A stretch of 64,000 bases of DNA from Longimicrobiales bacterium (GTDB lineage Bacteria; Gemmatimonadota; Gemmatimonadetes; Longimicrobiales; Gaopeijiaceae). The notes under the pieces were generated by a model. The model was not told where the DNA came from and made no database searches. It saw nothing but the letters and a program-made list of their open reading frames with translations. Position 1 is the first letter of the stretch. Each line of letters opens with the position of its first letter. Both the position numbers and the translations under genes were made by a program. The DNA lies in NCBI GenBank assembly GCA_965248195.1, contig CBDFIQ010000001.1:352001-416000 (forward strand). Reading direction: 5' to 3'. Below are positions 29,782 to 38,020 of this stretch, piece after piece.

Positions 29782-30459
29782 TCACAGCTTCGAGATAAAC
29801 ACCCCAGCCGCGACCCCTGTACCGAGCCCCCTCACGAAACTTCCGATGTGCCCGAAGATCCCACGAGGCAGCGCGTCCCGGAGGAACCCGATCTCCTCTT
29901 CGTAGAGTCGGTTCGACTCAAGGGCTAGGGCTTTCTCAGCTCGCTCACTCGCCAGGTTCCGCTCCAGCAGGACGACCGCGAACGAGTCTGCTTGATGGAG
30001 CGCTGCGGCGCCCCGGAGCTGGGCCCGGAACGCGTCCCGGACGCTCCCCTCGGCGGCCTGCTCCTCCTTGTGCTGCGCTTGGGCAGTCTCCACGAGTGGA
30101 CGGAGCTCGGGCCGGACGACGGCGTAGAGGCTATCGTGGGTCGCGTCGAGGTCTGTGCCGGCCTCTGCGGCGCGCTCGGAGGCGTCAGCCTCGTCTCGCT
30201 CGCCCTGTGCGATCGTGTCCCGGGCCTGAGCGCGCTCGATCCTGAGCGAGTCTTTCACCTGCTCCAGCCAAAGCGAATCCGCGCGAGTGCGCATATGCGC
30301 ATCTTCGAGCAGCTCCTGGAGTTGCGCCTGCTCTTCGGCCCGGTCGTCTGCGAGTGCCGTGGCCACAGCGAGATCGGACAGTGCCCCGTAGAGCCACCAG
30401 CCGAGGACGCCGAGCGCCACGATCAGCACGATCTCGCCCGGCAGGCGAAAGCCCCTCAT
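29782..30459 (-). CDS. Spanin/Rz-like coiled-coil membrane protein
   Basis: N-terminal TM, long coiled coil, C-terminal hydrophobic tail; follows the endolysin. Confidence 0.55.
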   Translation of the reverse strand: MRGFRLPGEIVLIVALGVLGWWLYGALSDLAVATALADDRAEEQAQLQELLEDAHMRTRADSLWLEQVKDSLRIERAQARDTIAQGERDEADASERAAEAGTDLDATHDSLYAVVRPELRPLVETAQAQHKEEQAAEGSVRDAFRAQLRGAAALHQADSFAVVLLERNLASERAEKALALESNRLYEEEIGFLRDALPRGIFGHIGSFVRGLGTGVAAGVFISKL

Positions 30460-31010
30460 CGTGGCACCACCGGAAAGATGGTCCTGATCTCGCACTCCGC
30501 GAAGTGGGGGTCCTCATGGGAGCCGCCGCCCTTGAGATCGTGGATCGATTCGTGCGAGACCACTTCAGGGCTATTCACTGCGCGCCGGTCCAACATGATC
30601 TCGCGTGGTGGAGGAGCGGACCACCCGCCGAACTTTCTCTCGAGCGCATGGAGATCGAGCAAGAAGTCGACGACGTACCAGCGGATCGCGAAGAAATCTC
30701 CGCGGAGTCCCGTGCACTCTTCGGCAAGCGAGTAGATGTAGGCGTGCATCGTGGTCGGGTAGAACTCGATCTTGTTCCAGAAGCGTATCTCGGTCCAGCC
30801 CGTCTCTGTAGACGCTGACGGAGGCGCTACTGCCGCGAGGGACGGCGGAGCGGATCGCGTGGCGCAGCCGGCGAGAACTATGCTTGCGGCCAACACGAAG
30901 GCCGGCGCCCTGCGGTCGTCTCTCCAGAGCAGAACGCAGAGTACGGTGCCCAAGGTCACACAGACCGCCACGAACGCGGCCACGACGGTTTGGAGGGCGG
31001 AGCGGATCAT
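30456..31010 (-). CDS. Membrane/lipoprotein with HExxH motif
   Basis: TM, VLAGC, SHESIHD. Confidence 0.55.
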   Translation of the reverse strand: MIRSALQTVVAAFVAVCVTLGTVLCVLLWRDDRRAPAFVLAASIVLAGCATRSAPPSLAAVAPPSASTETGWTEIRFWNKIEFYPTTMHAYIYSLAEECTGLRGDFFAIRWYVVDFLLDLHALERKFGGWSAPPPREIMLDRRAVNSPEVVSHESIHDLKGGGSHEDPHFAECEIRTIFPVVPR

Positions 31011-31522
31011 GACGCTGTCTGTCTCCGGAGGTAATTGACGCGGGACAGCCACCCGAGCAGGAACTTGCGGGACGCCGTGCGCCGGCGCGTGATCGCCTCG
31101 TAGAATGCCAGCCGCGCCCAGAGCATCCGGTTTACGAGTTCGTCCGGCTGTGCGGCACGCACGGCGCCGAGCGTCATGGGTCCGATCTTGCCGTCGTCAG
31201 CAACCCTCGCGGCCCGCTGTAGCAGCTTCGCGGCGTTCCTTAGCCCGTGGTTCACGCACGCGTCGAAGTGAGCCCCAGACGCGGGCCAGGGCAGCGCATC
31301 GCACTTTCCGGCGACCCAGTATCGCTCGTGGTATATCGCATCCACATCGGCGTCCGAGATCCCGCGTACGTCCTTCTGGGGCAAGCCCTTCGACTTCCGC
31401 CATGCGTCATACGTCTTGTGGGTGATCCCCTTGTTCGTGGCACCGCCAGGATCGTCGGGGTCGTTGACGTAACCGCCCTCGAAGCGGAGCGTGACCGGGA
31501 GCGCCTGGAGGAAGCCGCTCAT
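31007..31522 (-). CDS. Endolysin, glycoside hydrolase family 108 plus PG-binding domain
   Basis: EGGYVNDPDDPGGATNKGIT; DGKIGPMT; FLLGWLSRV. Confidence 0.93.
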   Translation of the reverse strand: MSGFLQALPVTLRFEGGYVNDPDDPGGATNKGITHKTYDAWRKSKGLPQKDVRGISDADVDAIYHERYWVAGKCDALPWPASGAHFDACVNHGLRNAAKLLQRAARVADDGKIGPMTLGAVRAAQPDELVNRMLWARLAFYEAITRRRTASRKFLLGWLSRVNYLRRQTAS

Positions 31523-31734
31523 AGATCGAAGTCCGCACGACCCGAAGGGAGGTCCATCGGCTCGGTTCCCCGGTACGTACTCACGATGCTCTTCCCACCG
31601 GCGACCGTGATCCACGGGGCTGTGATCGAGATGAACGGAACGGGATCATCGAAGTAGATCGCGAGGGCGGCCGACAGCAGAACCACCCAGGGCGTCACCT
31701 TCCAGAACCGGGAGTTGCGGACCCAGCCGTTCAC
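31519..31734 (-). CDS. Holin-like small membrane protein
   Basis: Two short hydrophobic segments, coupled to the endolysin. Confidence 0.55.
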   Translation of the reverse strand: MNGWVRNSRFWKVTPWVVLLSAALAIYFDDPVPFISITAPWITVAGGKSIVSTYRGTEPMDLPSGRADFDL

Positions 31735-32028
31735 TTGTCGGCGCCTCCGTTTCCCCCGCCCAACCACGGCACGGACTTGAATCGGAGCTTGGCGGACTTC
31801 ACGAAGAACTGCGCGTTACGCTGGAACGAGACCGCTTCCTCCCAGAACATCCCGACGGTGGCCGTCATCACCAGCTTCCCCGCCGGATCCCATCCGATGA
31901 TCTCGAAGGTCATGCCCTCGATGAATGCCGCCATGATCACGACCAAGAAGATCACCAGGAGCTTCAGGACCCCGTTGCGCGCCTGCCTCGATCGCAGCGA
32001 GGATCTTTTCGCGGATCGTGTCGGCCAT
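31731..32028 (-). pseudogene. Deletion junction: N-terminus of a gpU-like tail terminator joined out of frame to the 3' part of a membrane gene
   Basis: MADTIREKILAAIE degenerates after ~15 codons; another frame reads RNGVLKLLVIFLVVIMAAFIEG without a convincing start. Confidence 0.65.
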
Positions 32029-32324
32029 CAGGAGCTATCCCCCAACCAGAGCCGTGTCTCGAGGCCGTCGTTCTCGGACCGGTGATCGGTAATCACGTAC
32101 GTCGTGCCATCAACGACTATGGTCTCGTCGCGATCGATGCCCGAAAGGATCCCGGTAGCGATGAGCACGGTGCGCGACTGTCCCACCGTCACGAGCTGAC
32201 CCTCCAACTCCATCACCTCGTCCATAAATTTTTCCGCACCCCACGTCTCGACACCGCCGAACACGACCGGGTCGCCGCCGCGTTTCAGCGCCGCCTCGAT
32301 CTGAGCCTTTGTGTGGACGGCCAT
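32028..32324 (-). CDS. Head-tail joining protein (lambda gpFII-like)
   Basis: Position after the capsid gene; DETIVVDGTTYVI...DGLETRLWL. Confidence 0.7.
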   Translation of the reverse strand: MAVHTKAQIEAALKRGGDPVVFGGVETWGAEKFMDEVMELEGQLVTVGQSRTVLIATGILSGIDRDETIVVDGTTYVITDHRSENDGLETRLWLGDSS

Positions 32325-32330
32325 CGCGCG

Positions 32331-32471
32331 TCAACTCTCCTCGACGAAGAGCTTCACGGTCAGGTCGTCCGTCGCCACGGAGTTACTCGGCCCGCCGGCG
32401 TAGTCGGCCGCCGCGTCCCCCGCCGCGTAAATCGAGGTCGAGATAGTCGGCGTGACCTCGATGACCTTCAT
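32331..32471 (-). CDS. Short structural-region ORF, probably internally deleted
   Basis: MKVIEVTPTISTSIYAAGD...ATDDLTVKLFVEES; coupled start. Confidence 0.45.
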   Translation of the reverse strand: MKVIEVTPTISTSIYAAGDAAADYAGGPSNSVATDDLTVKLFVEES

Positions 32472-32692
32472 CACTCAGCTCCAACCTTGGGTGCCGCCTT
32501 CTTGGTGCCCTTCGTTTTCGCCGGCGCGGTGGCGCCCTGTCCGTCGTAGACCTGGGCCCGGTTGCTGAACAGCAGCGACCGACCGAAGACCGCACCTACC
32601 GTCTGCTTCGAGCGAGCAGGCAGCGCTTCGCCGTCTTCGCCACGCACGCGCGCAAGCATCCAGACCTCCATGGTCTCTTCATCCTTTGCCAC
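32471..32692 (-). CDS. Small post-capsid protein
   Basis: GAGGTGG SD before GTG; basic tail. Confidence 0.55.
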   Translation of the reverse strand: MAKDEETMEVWMLARVRGEDGEALPARSKQTVGAVFGRSLLFSNRAQVYDGQGATAPAKTKGTKKAAPKVGAE

Positions 32693-32788
32693 GATTCCAC
32701 CTCGCAGGTTTATGGACTCGCCCGCAGCGGGGAAGGACCCGGGAGGCCCTTCCCCAACTGCTCTCCGAGTAATCACGTTTCCCGGTGA

Positions 32789-35344
32789 TTACGAGACGTC
32801 CGCGTCCTGAACGGCCGAGAATGCCGCCGGATGCCGTACGGCGATTCCGGCCATCTGGAACGAAGTCAACTCTATCACGCCCTGCTTCTTCAGCCGGTAC
32901 GGATCGACCACGAGCTCGTAGGCGCCCCAGTAGCCGACCATGAGCTGAGACCACACGCCGAAGTAGACCGCATGCAGGTTCGTCCCCGTGCCCTTGATCA
33001 GGGTCGAGGGCACCTGCGTCGAGACGTGAGCCGGGTAGCCGTTGACCTCGCCTTCCATGCCGCCCGTCCACACCGGACGCCCGTTCGAGGTGACGAACTC
33101 CTCGGTTTTCTTGAGCTTGCCCCGCACGCCCGGCGTCGTCAGGTACGCCATCGATCCGATGTCGGCGTTGGCCGTGGCCACATCGGTTTCGAGATCGACC
33201 ATGTGCGCGTACGTCGGAGCTCCACCGTTCGTGCCGATCGCCACATCCCCGATCCCCGTCGTCTGCCGCACACCGGTCGGTTGGTTGCTGGCGCCCGATC
33301 CGTTGATCGCCGCCAAGTCGATTCCGAGCGCAGTGATCAGCGCAAGGTCATTCTTGACCAGCATGTCGATGTCGATCACGCCTTCGTTCAAGAGCTGCCG
33401 GCTGTAGGCCGTGCTGCTCTGACCGGTCTTAGGGTTCAACGCGACCTGGGTGAAGGTCATATCGCTGTCGGCCACGTCGGAGCCCGGATCTTCCGCGACC
33501 CAGGTAAACGTGCCGGCCGCGTTCTGCTTCGGGAATGCGACCGGACCGCGCAGTCCGGTGAGGATCGTCGCCCCGAGCTGTGCGACCTTCATGCGCGCCC
33601 GCAGAAGATCGATGAAGTCACCGGCCTCGGTGAACACGATGTCTGCCCCCGCGGCCGCTGTGCCCGTATCGAGGGCGGCCTGCATGTCGTGGATCTGGCC
33701 CATCAGCCGCTCGCGCGTGGCGAACGGGAGGTTGCGGTCTCCATCGACCGCTGCCCTCATCCGCATCAGCCCCACGTTGCTGACCGGAACACGATCGGCC
33801 ACGACCGCCGGCCGCCGGACCGGGAAAAAGATCCCACCGTGGTCCTTGTAACCCTTCGGCAGGTCTTTCGCGATCTGGTCCGACACCTCGCGCTCGAACC
33901 CATCCCAGTGATCGCCCTTGTCGGCGACGCTCATGATCGCTCGTGTGATCATATACCGCTTGCTCTCCGCCTGCGTGAGCTCGAGGCCGGGCGACGTGAG
34001 AACCTTCAACGTTGCCTCGGTCTCCGCACGCAGGATCTCCGCCGCCTGCTCGGCCGTCACACCGGTCTTCAGAAATCCCTCGATCCGATTGCCGACATTG
34101 TGCTCTTTGCAGAGCGCGATCAGTCCGTCGACCCTGTCCTGCTCGACCGCACGATCCTCTTTCGCTCGAACCTCCAGCGGCGTCAGCGTTGCGACTCCGC
34201 CATCTCCGGCCCCGGCTTGGGCCGCCGCGTCTCCTGGCTTCACGGTTTCCTCCTGGCCGCTTGGGGCCGTTGGATCCGGGGTAGTTGAGTCTTCGGCCGA
34301 CGCGTCCCCGTCCGCATCGTCAGTCTTCGGTTTTCCGATCATGTCCAGCACAATTGCCTCGCGTGCCTCTTCCGCTAGCACAGCGAGATCACCGAGTGAG
34401 AGCACAGGAGCGTCGGGAGCGGGCAGGATCCCCGAATGGATTCCTGTGGCCGCGATGTCGACTCCGTCGTCCGCCTCCGCACGTGACCCGCGTAGCGCAC
34501 TCGACTCGACGCCGAGCTCGCCCAGCACCTCCTCGAGCGTCCCGAGTCGGTCCACCATGCCAGCGTCGAGAGCTTGCGTCGCCGTGAGCACCGCGCCCTC
34601 GCCGTACCCGTTCCGCACACGCTTCTCGTCGACGCCCCGGGCTCGTGCGACCGCTTCAACGAACATGCCGTAGAACTCGTCGACTCGGCCTTGCATATGC
34701 TTCTCGGCAGCCTCGGAGAGAGGCTCGTGCGGGTTGCCCTCGGCCTTGTATTTGCCAGCCTTCACGATCGTGCGGGTGATGCCGGCCTCGGCCTCGGCCT
34801 TCGAGACCTCGGTGTGCATCGCGAGGACCCCGATCGCGCCGGCCAAACCCGACGGCGTGATCACGATCTCGTCCGCATTGACTGCCACCCAATAGGCGGC
34901 GGAAGCGATCACGCCATCCACCGCGGCGATGATCCTCTTCTTGCCGCGCGCCTCGAAGATGCGAGTCGAGAGCTCCTCGACGCCTTGCACGCTGCCCCCT
35001 GGAGAATCGACGTGGATCACGATCGCGCCGATGTCATCGTTCGCCATCGCTTCGTCGAAGGAGTCTCCGAATCCCTCAAGCGATGTGCCGCCCGAGAAGC
35101 GCGTCATTGAGTCCATGCGAGGAGCGAGCACCCCAAAGAGCGGGAGCACCGCGATGCTTCCCCCGGTCGGCTTGATGTGGTCATGGCGCCGCGCAGTGAT
35201 GTCTTGCATCTCTTCATCGCTGATCTCGCCGCCCTCGAGCCGGAGGTTCAGGATATCGATGATTTCCTGCGCTTTGCCCGACTCGATCGCCCACGGCACC
35301 CCGCTGATGAAGCTGAGGACGCGTCTCGGCTCAATGATTCGCAT
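32789..35344 (-). CDS. S49 (SppA-type) prohead protease - scaffold - HK97-fold major capsid fusion
   Basis: VDSPGG, ASAAYW, GAIGV, AGKYK; C-terminal FTWVAE, LAAINGSGASNQPTG, VVDPY, VRHPAAF. Confidence 0.92.
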   Translation of the reverse strand: MRIIEPRRVLSFISGVPWAIESGKAQEIIDILNLRLEGGEISDEEMQDITARRHDHIKPTGGSIAVLPLFGVLAPRMDSMTRFSGGTSLEGFGDSFDEAMANDDIGAIVIHVDSPGGSVQGVEELSTRIFEARGKKRIIAAVDGVIASAAYWVAVNADEIVITPSGLAGAIGVLAMHTEVSKAEAEAGITRTIVKAGKYKAEGNPHEPLSEAAEKHMQGRVDEFYGMFVEAVARARGVDEKRVRNGYGEGAVLTATQALDAGMVDRLGTLEEVLGELGVESSALRGSRAEADDGVDIAATGIHSGILPAPDAPVLSLGDLAVLAEEAREAIVLDMIGKPKTDDADGDASAEDSTTPDPTAPSGQEETVKPGDAAAQAGAGDGGVATLTPLEVRAKEDRAVEQDRVDGLIALCKEHNVGNRIEGFLKTGVTAEQAAEILRAETEATLKVLTSPGLELTQAESKRYMITRAIMSVADKGDHWDGFEREVSDQIAKDLPKGYKDHGGIFFPVRRPAVVADRVPVSNVGLMRMRAAVDGDRNLPFATRERLMGQIHDMQAALDTGTAAAGADIVFTEAGDFIDLLRARMKVAQLGATILTGLRGPVAFPKQNAAGTFTWVAEDPGSDVADSDMTFTQVALNPKTGQSSTAYSRQLLNEGVIDIDMLVKNDLALITALGIDLAAINGSGASNQPTGVRQTTGIGDVAIGTNGGAPTYAHMVDLETDVATANADIGSMAYLTTPGVRGKLKKTEEFVTSNGRPVWTGGMEGEVNGYPAHVSTQVPSTLIKGTGTNLHAVYFGVWSQLMVGYWGAYELVVDPYRLKKQGVIELTSFQMAGIAVRHPAAFSAVQDADVS

Positions 35345-36896
35345 CAGGTGGTCCTCCAGTGAGTAGGGCCGCGATGCGTGACCCATGTCCGTTGAGTTGC
35401 CCTGAAGCCTCGACGAGGGTGTCCTCGTCGGCCGCCAGGAGAGCCGTCACAAGGGCGTCCTCGCTGTTAGAGGCCCCGATCGCGACGCCCTTACGCCGTG
35501 CGAGCTCCTGCTCGCGAGCCAACTGGTCGAGCACGTCGGTAAAGTCCCGGCCCTGCTCCGCAGCGAGGCGAGTGCGCGAGTCTAGCCCGAGTTCGAGGGC
35601 GAGCTCCGCCGCCTTGATGTCTTTGAGCGGATCGATGTTCGGGAAGCCGCGGCCCTGCCAGTCGTGCCGCTCGAGAGCTGCTCGATCGCGCATAGGCAGG
35701 TCGATCGCGCCCATGGTGAGCGCCCACTTCAGCCACCATCGGAAGACTGGAGCGTGAACATGCGTGTAGGTCCGACGCTGGAGCCGCCGGTAGATGTCGC
35801 GCTCTTGGAGCGAACCGTGGCGGATCGAGCTGAAGTTCACGTCACGGAGATCACCAGTCAGGCTGTGGTACGAGGTTTTCAGGCCCGCGGCGATCGTGTG
35901 CAGGATGATTTTGTTGAATTCCCCGAACGCCCCGTTCGGGTGCGTCGGGTCGAAGAAATTGGCCTTCAGCCCTGGAGGCAGCACGTCGAATACGCCGGGC
36001 TCCATGTCCCACGTGAAATCCTTGGCGGCGTCGGGTGAGTCCGGGTCCGGCACTGCGCTCGCGTCGTCATACTCGAAGACACCGCTCTTCGAGGCCGCAA
36101 TCCGTGAGGCGATGAGCTCCGCCTCCTGTAGAGCGGACAACATCTGCGCGTTCATGATGATCGGAGCGAACCACGAGACCCCGCGAGTCTGTCCTGGCCG
36201 ACGAATCTGGTAGCGGTGGATGATCTGCTCCGCGGGGATGCGTACGCGCTGACGCCGAAAACTTCCCTGGAAGTCAAACGGATGCGCGTCCCACATCCAG
36301 TATGCGACGGGCCGAGCCCACTTGTCCGTCTCGACGCCCATGCGGATCTCGTTCGTACCCTTGCCCGCGGGCCTATTGAACTCCTCGTCGAGTTGGTCGG
36401 CGTCGAGAAGCTGGACGGCGAAACCGAAGTCGTTCCGGAAGCCGGGCAACATGCGCAGGATCCCCTCGCCGTCCATCGCCTCGGTCTGCAGCACGACCTC
36501 CGAGATCCCCTGCCACGACAACCGCCCATCCGCCGAGGAGGATCTCGGATCACCCCAACGACGCCACGCCTCTTCGATCTTCTTAGCCGCGCCCTCATCG
36601 AGTTCGCCGTCGAAACCGAGCGGCTGAGACTGAAGCCGAATCCCGTGCGGGCCGATGATGTTGTCGGCGAGCAGATCGACGAAGCGGGAGCAATGCGCCG
36701 TATTCCGGGCCATCTCGCGAGCTCGCTTCCGGAGCGTGCGAAGGTCGCCACGCACCTCTGCGTCCGCGCTCCGGATCGAGGCGAGGATCCAGTCTTCGGT
36801 GAGACGATTCTGCACCGCGCCGCGGAAGGATGTCCCCTTCGGGTGAGCCCGTGCACCGCGCATCCGCCGAGATGCCTCGCGCAGCGGGTTACCCAT
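35331..36896 (-). CDS. Phage portal protein, lambda family
   Basis: LRKRAREMARN, RPGQTRGVSW, LTGDLRDVNFSS, IDPLKD. Confidence 0.95.
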   Translation of the reverse strand: MGNPLREASRRMRGARAHPKGTSFRGAVQNRLTEDWILASIRSADAEVRGDLRTLRKRAREMARNTAHCSRFVDLLADNIIGPHGIRLQSQPLGFDGELDEGAAKKIEEAWRRWGDPRSSSADGRLSWQGISEVVLQTEAMDGEGILRMLPGFRNDFGFAVQLLDADQLDEEFNRPAGKGTNEIRMGVETDKWARPVAYWMWDAHPFDFQGSFRRQRVRIPAEQIIHRYQIRRPGQTRGVSWFAPIIMNAQMLSALQEAELIASRIAASKSGVFEYDDASAVPDPDSPDAAKDFTWDMEPGVFDVLPPGLKANFFDPTHPNGAFGEFNKIILHTIAAGLKTSYHSLTGDLRDVNFSSIRHGSLQERDIYRRLQRRTYTHVHAPVFRWWLKWALTMGAIDLPMRDRAALERHDWQGRGFPNIDPLKDIKAAELALELGLDSRTRLAAEQGRDFTDVLDQLAREQELARRKGVAIGASNSEDALVTALLAADEDTLVEASGQLNGHGSRIAALLTGGPPDANH

Positions 36897-37152
36897 CGTC
36901 GGTCTTCGACTTGCTCAGGTCGTAAAGCCCCGCGCTCATCACGTTAAACATCCAGCGCCAGCCGGTGAGCGAGAGGAGTAGAACGCCGCCCGAGAATATC
37001 CAGGCCTCGACGCTCGTAAGGCGCGCGATGCCCCATGTGACCAGCGCCCAGCCGCCGAGCAGCGTGACCGATACCGTGATCTCGGCCGCCACGGAACGGA
37101 CCGCGCGTAAAGCCTCACGAAACCGCACCGAAGACCACCTTCCGCCTTTCAT
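36889..37152 (-). CDS. Small membrane protein preceding the portal
   Basis: Two hydrophobic helices; start uncertain. Confidence 0.55.
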   Translation of the reverse strand: MKGGRWSSVRFREALRAVRSVAAEITVSVTLLGGWALVTWGIARLTSVEAWIFSGGVLLLSLTGWRWMFNVMSAGLYDLSKSKTDDG

Positions 37153-37366
37153 GGCCTTGTCTCCGTGTGGCCTGGATCCTAGCCCATATTATCCCCCGCT
37201 CCTGACGGTACTCCGGCAGACGCTCGGACTCGAAGCGCCGATCGCCGACCTCCGTCACCCTGAAGGGGTCCGACTGGATTGCTTGGATCGCCTTGGTGAG
37301 CTGGGCGGCTTCCATCTCGTCGAGCGTGAGGCCATCGACAACGCTGGCGTCAGTCAGGTCGGGCAA
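37115..37366 (-). CDS. gpW-like head completion protein
   Basis: Position between terminase and portal; helix-hairpin-helix-like pattern (VGDRRF). Confidence 0.45.
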   Translation of the reverse strand: MPDLTDASVVDGLTLDEMEAAQLTKAIQAIQSDPFRVTEVGDRRFESERLPEYRQERGIIWARIQATRRQGHERRKVVFGAVS

Positions 37367-37439
37367 AATACCGTCCCTTGTGTGGTACTATGGATTCATC
37401 CACTAGGAACAGTATGTGCAACGCTCGCCCTGCGTAATT

Positions 37440-37484
37440 GGCGTTTTCGCCATGGGCGTTTCCGCCATGGGCGTTTTCGCCAGG
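37440..37484. repeat. Three tandem 15-bp palindromic units GGCGTTTYCGCCAKG
   Basis: Units at 37440, 37455, 37470. Confidence 0.9.
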
Positions 37485-37739
37485 TTAGGCTGCGTCTGTG
37501 AAGAGGTCGGGGCTCGAGTGGTAGAGCTCGTTGAGCGCCTTCTGTGGAGGGAGTTCGCTATCCAGCATGTCCCGAATGCGCTCGGCGTAATGACGGACGG
37601 TGCGAGGCGAAATCGTCTCGTCGTTGTGGTGACGATGTTTCAGTTGCGCCGCGGCCTTGGTGTACGACAAATGATCCCGGCCCACGAGCATAACGACCTC
37701 CCGCTCTCGTAGTGTGAACCGAGTCTCTTGCTTCGCCAT
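37485..37739 (-). CDS. LuxR/GerE-like HTH regulator
   Basis: FTLREREVVMLV...SYTKAA...ISPRTVRHY. Confidence 0.75.
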   Translation of the reverse strand: MAKQETRFTLREREVVMLVGRDHLSYTKAAAQLKHRHHNDETISPRTVRHYAERIRDMLDSELPPQKALNELYHSSPDLFTDAA

Positions 37740-37744
37740 GGTCC

Positions 37745-38020
37745 TCAGGCGCCGCTTGCGTGCGCGGGGATCTGATGACCGAAACATTCGATGTCCTCCT
37801 TGTAGCGCTCTCCGATCTCGCGCTGGCGATGAAGGAACGCATAGATTGAGACCGTGCGGTCCCACGGGTCTCTCACGAACGTGAAAACCTGGAGAGCCGC
37901 TCCGCGTCGGCTCCGGAGCTCGGCCAGCGTGAGGTGGATCTCGTGCATCGAAAGCCCGAGCGCGGCCCGCACGGCCTGGCCGCCGGTACGGGGGACGTGA
38001 GCGAACACGGCTGGTCTCAT
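37745..38020 (-). pseudogene. Sulfotransferase family 2 protein, internally deleted
   Basis: FAHVPRTGG (5'-PAPS), FTFVRDPWDRTVS (3'-PAPS), terminal YKEDIECFG; only 91 aa. Confidence 0.7.
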
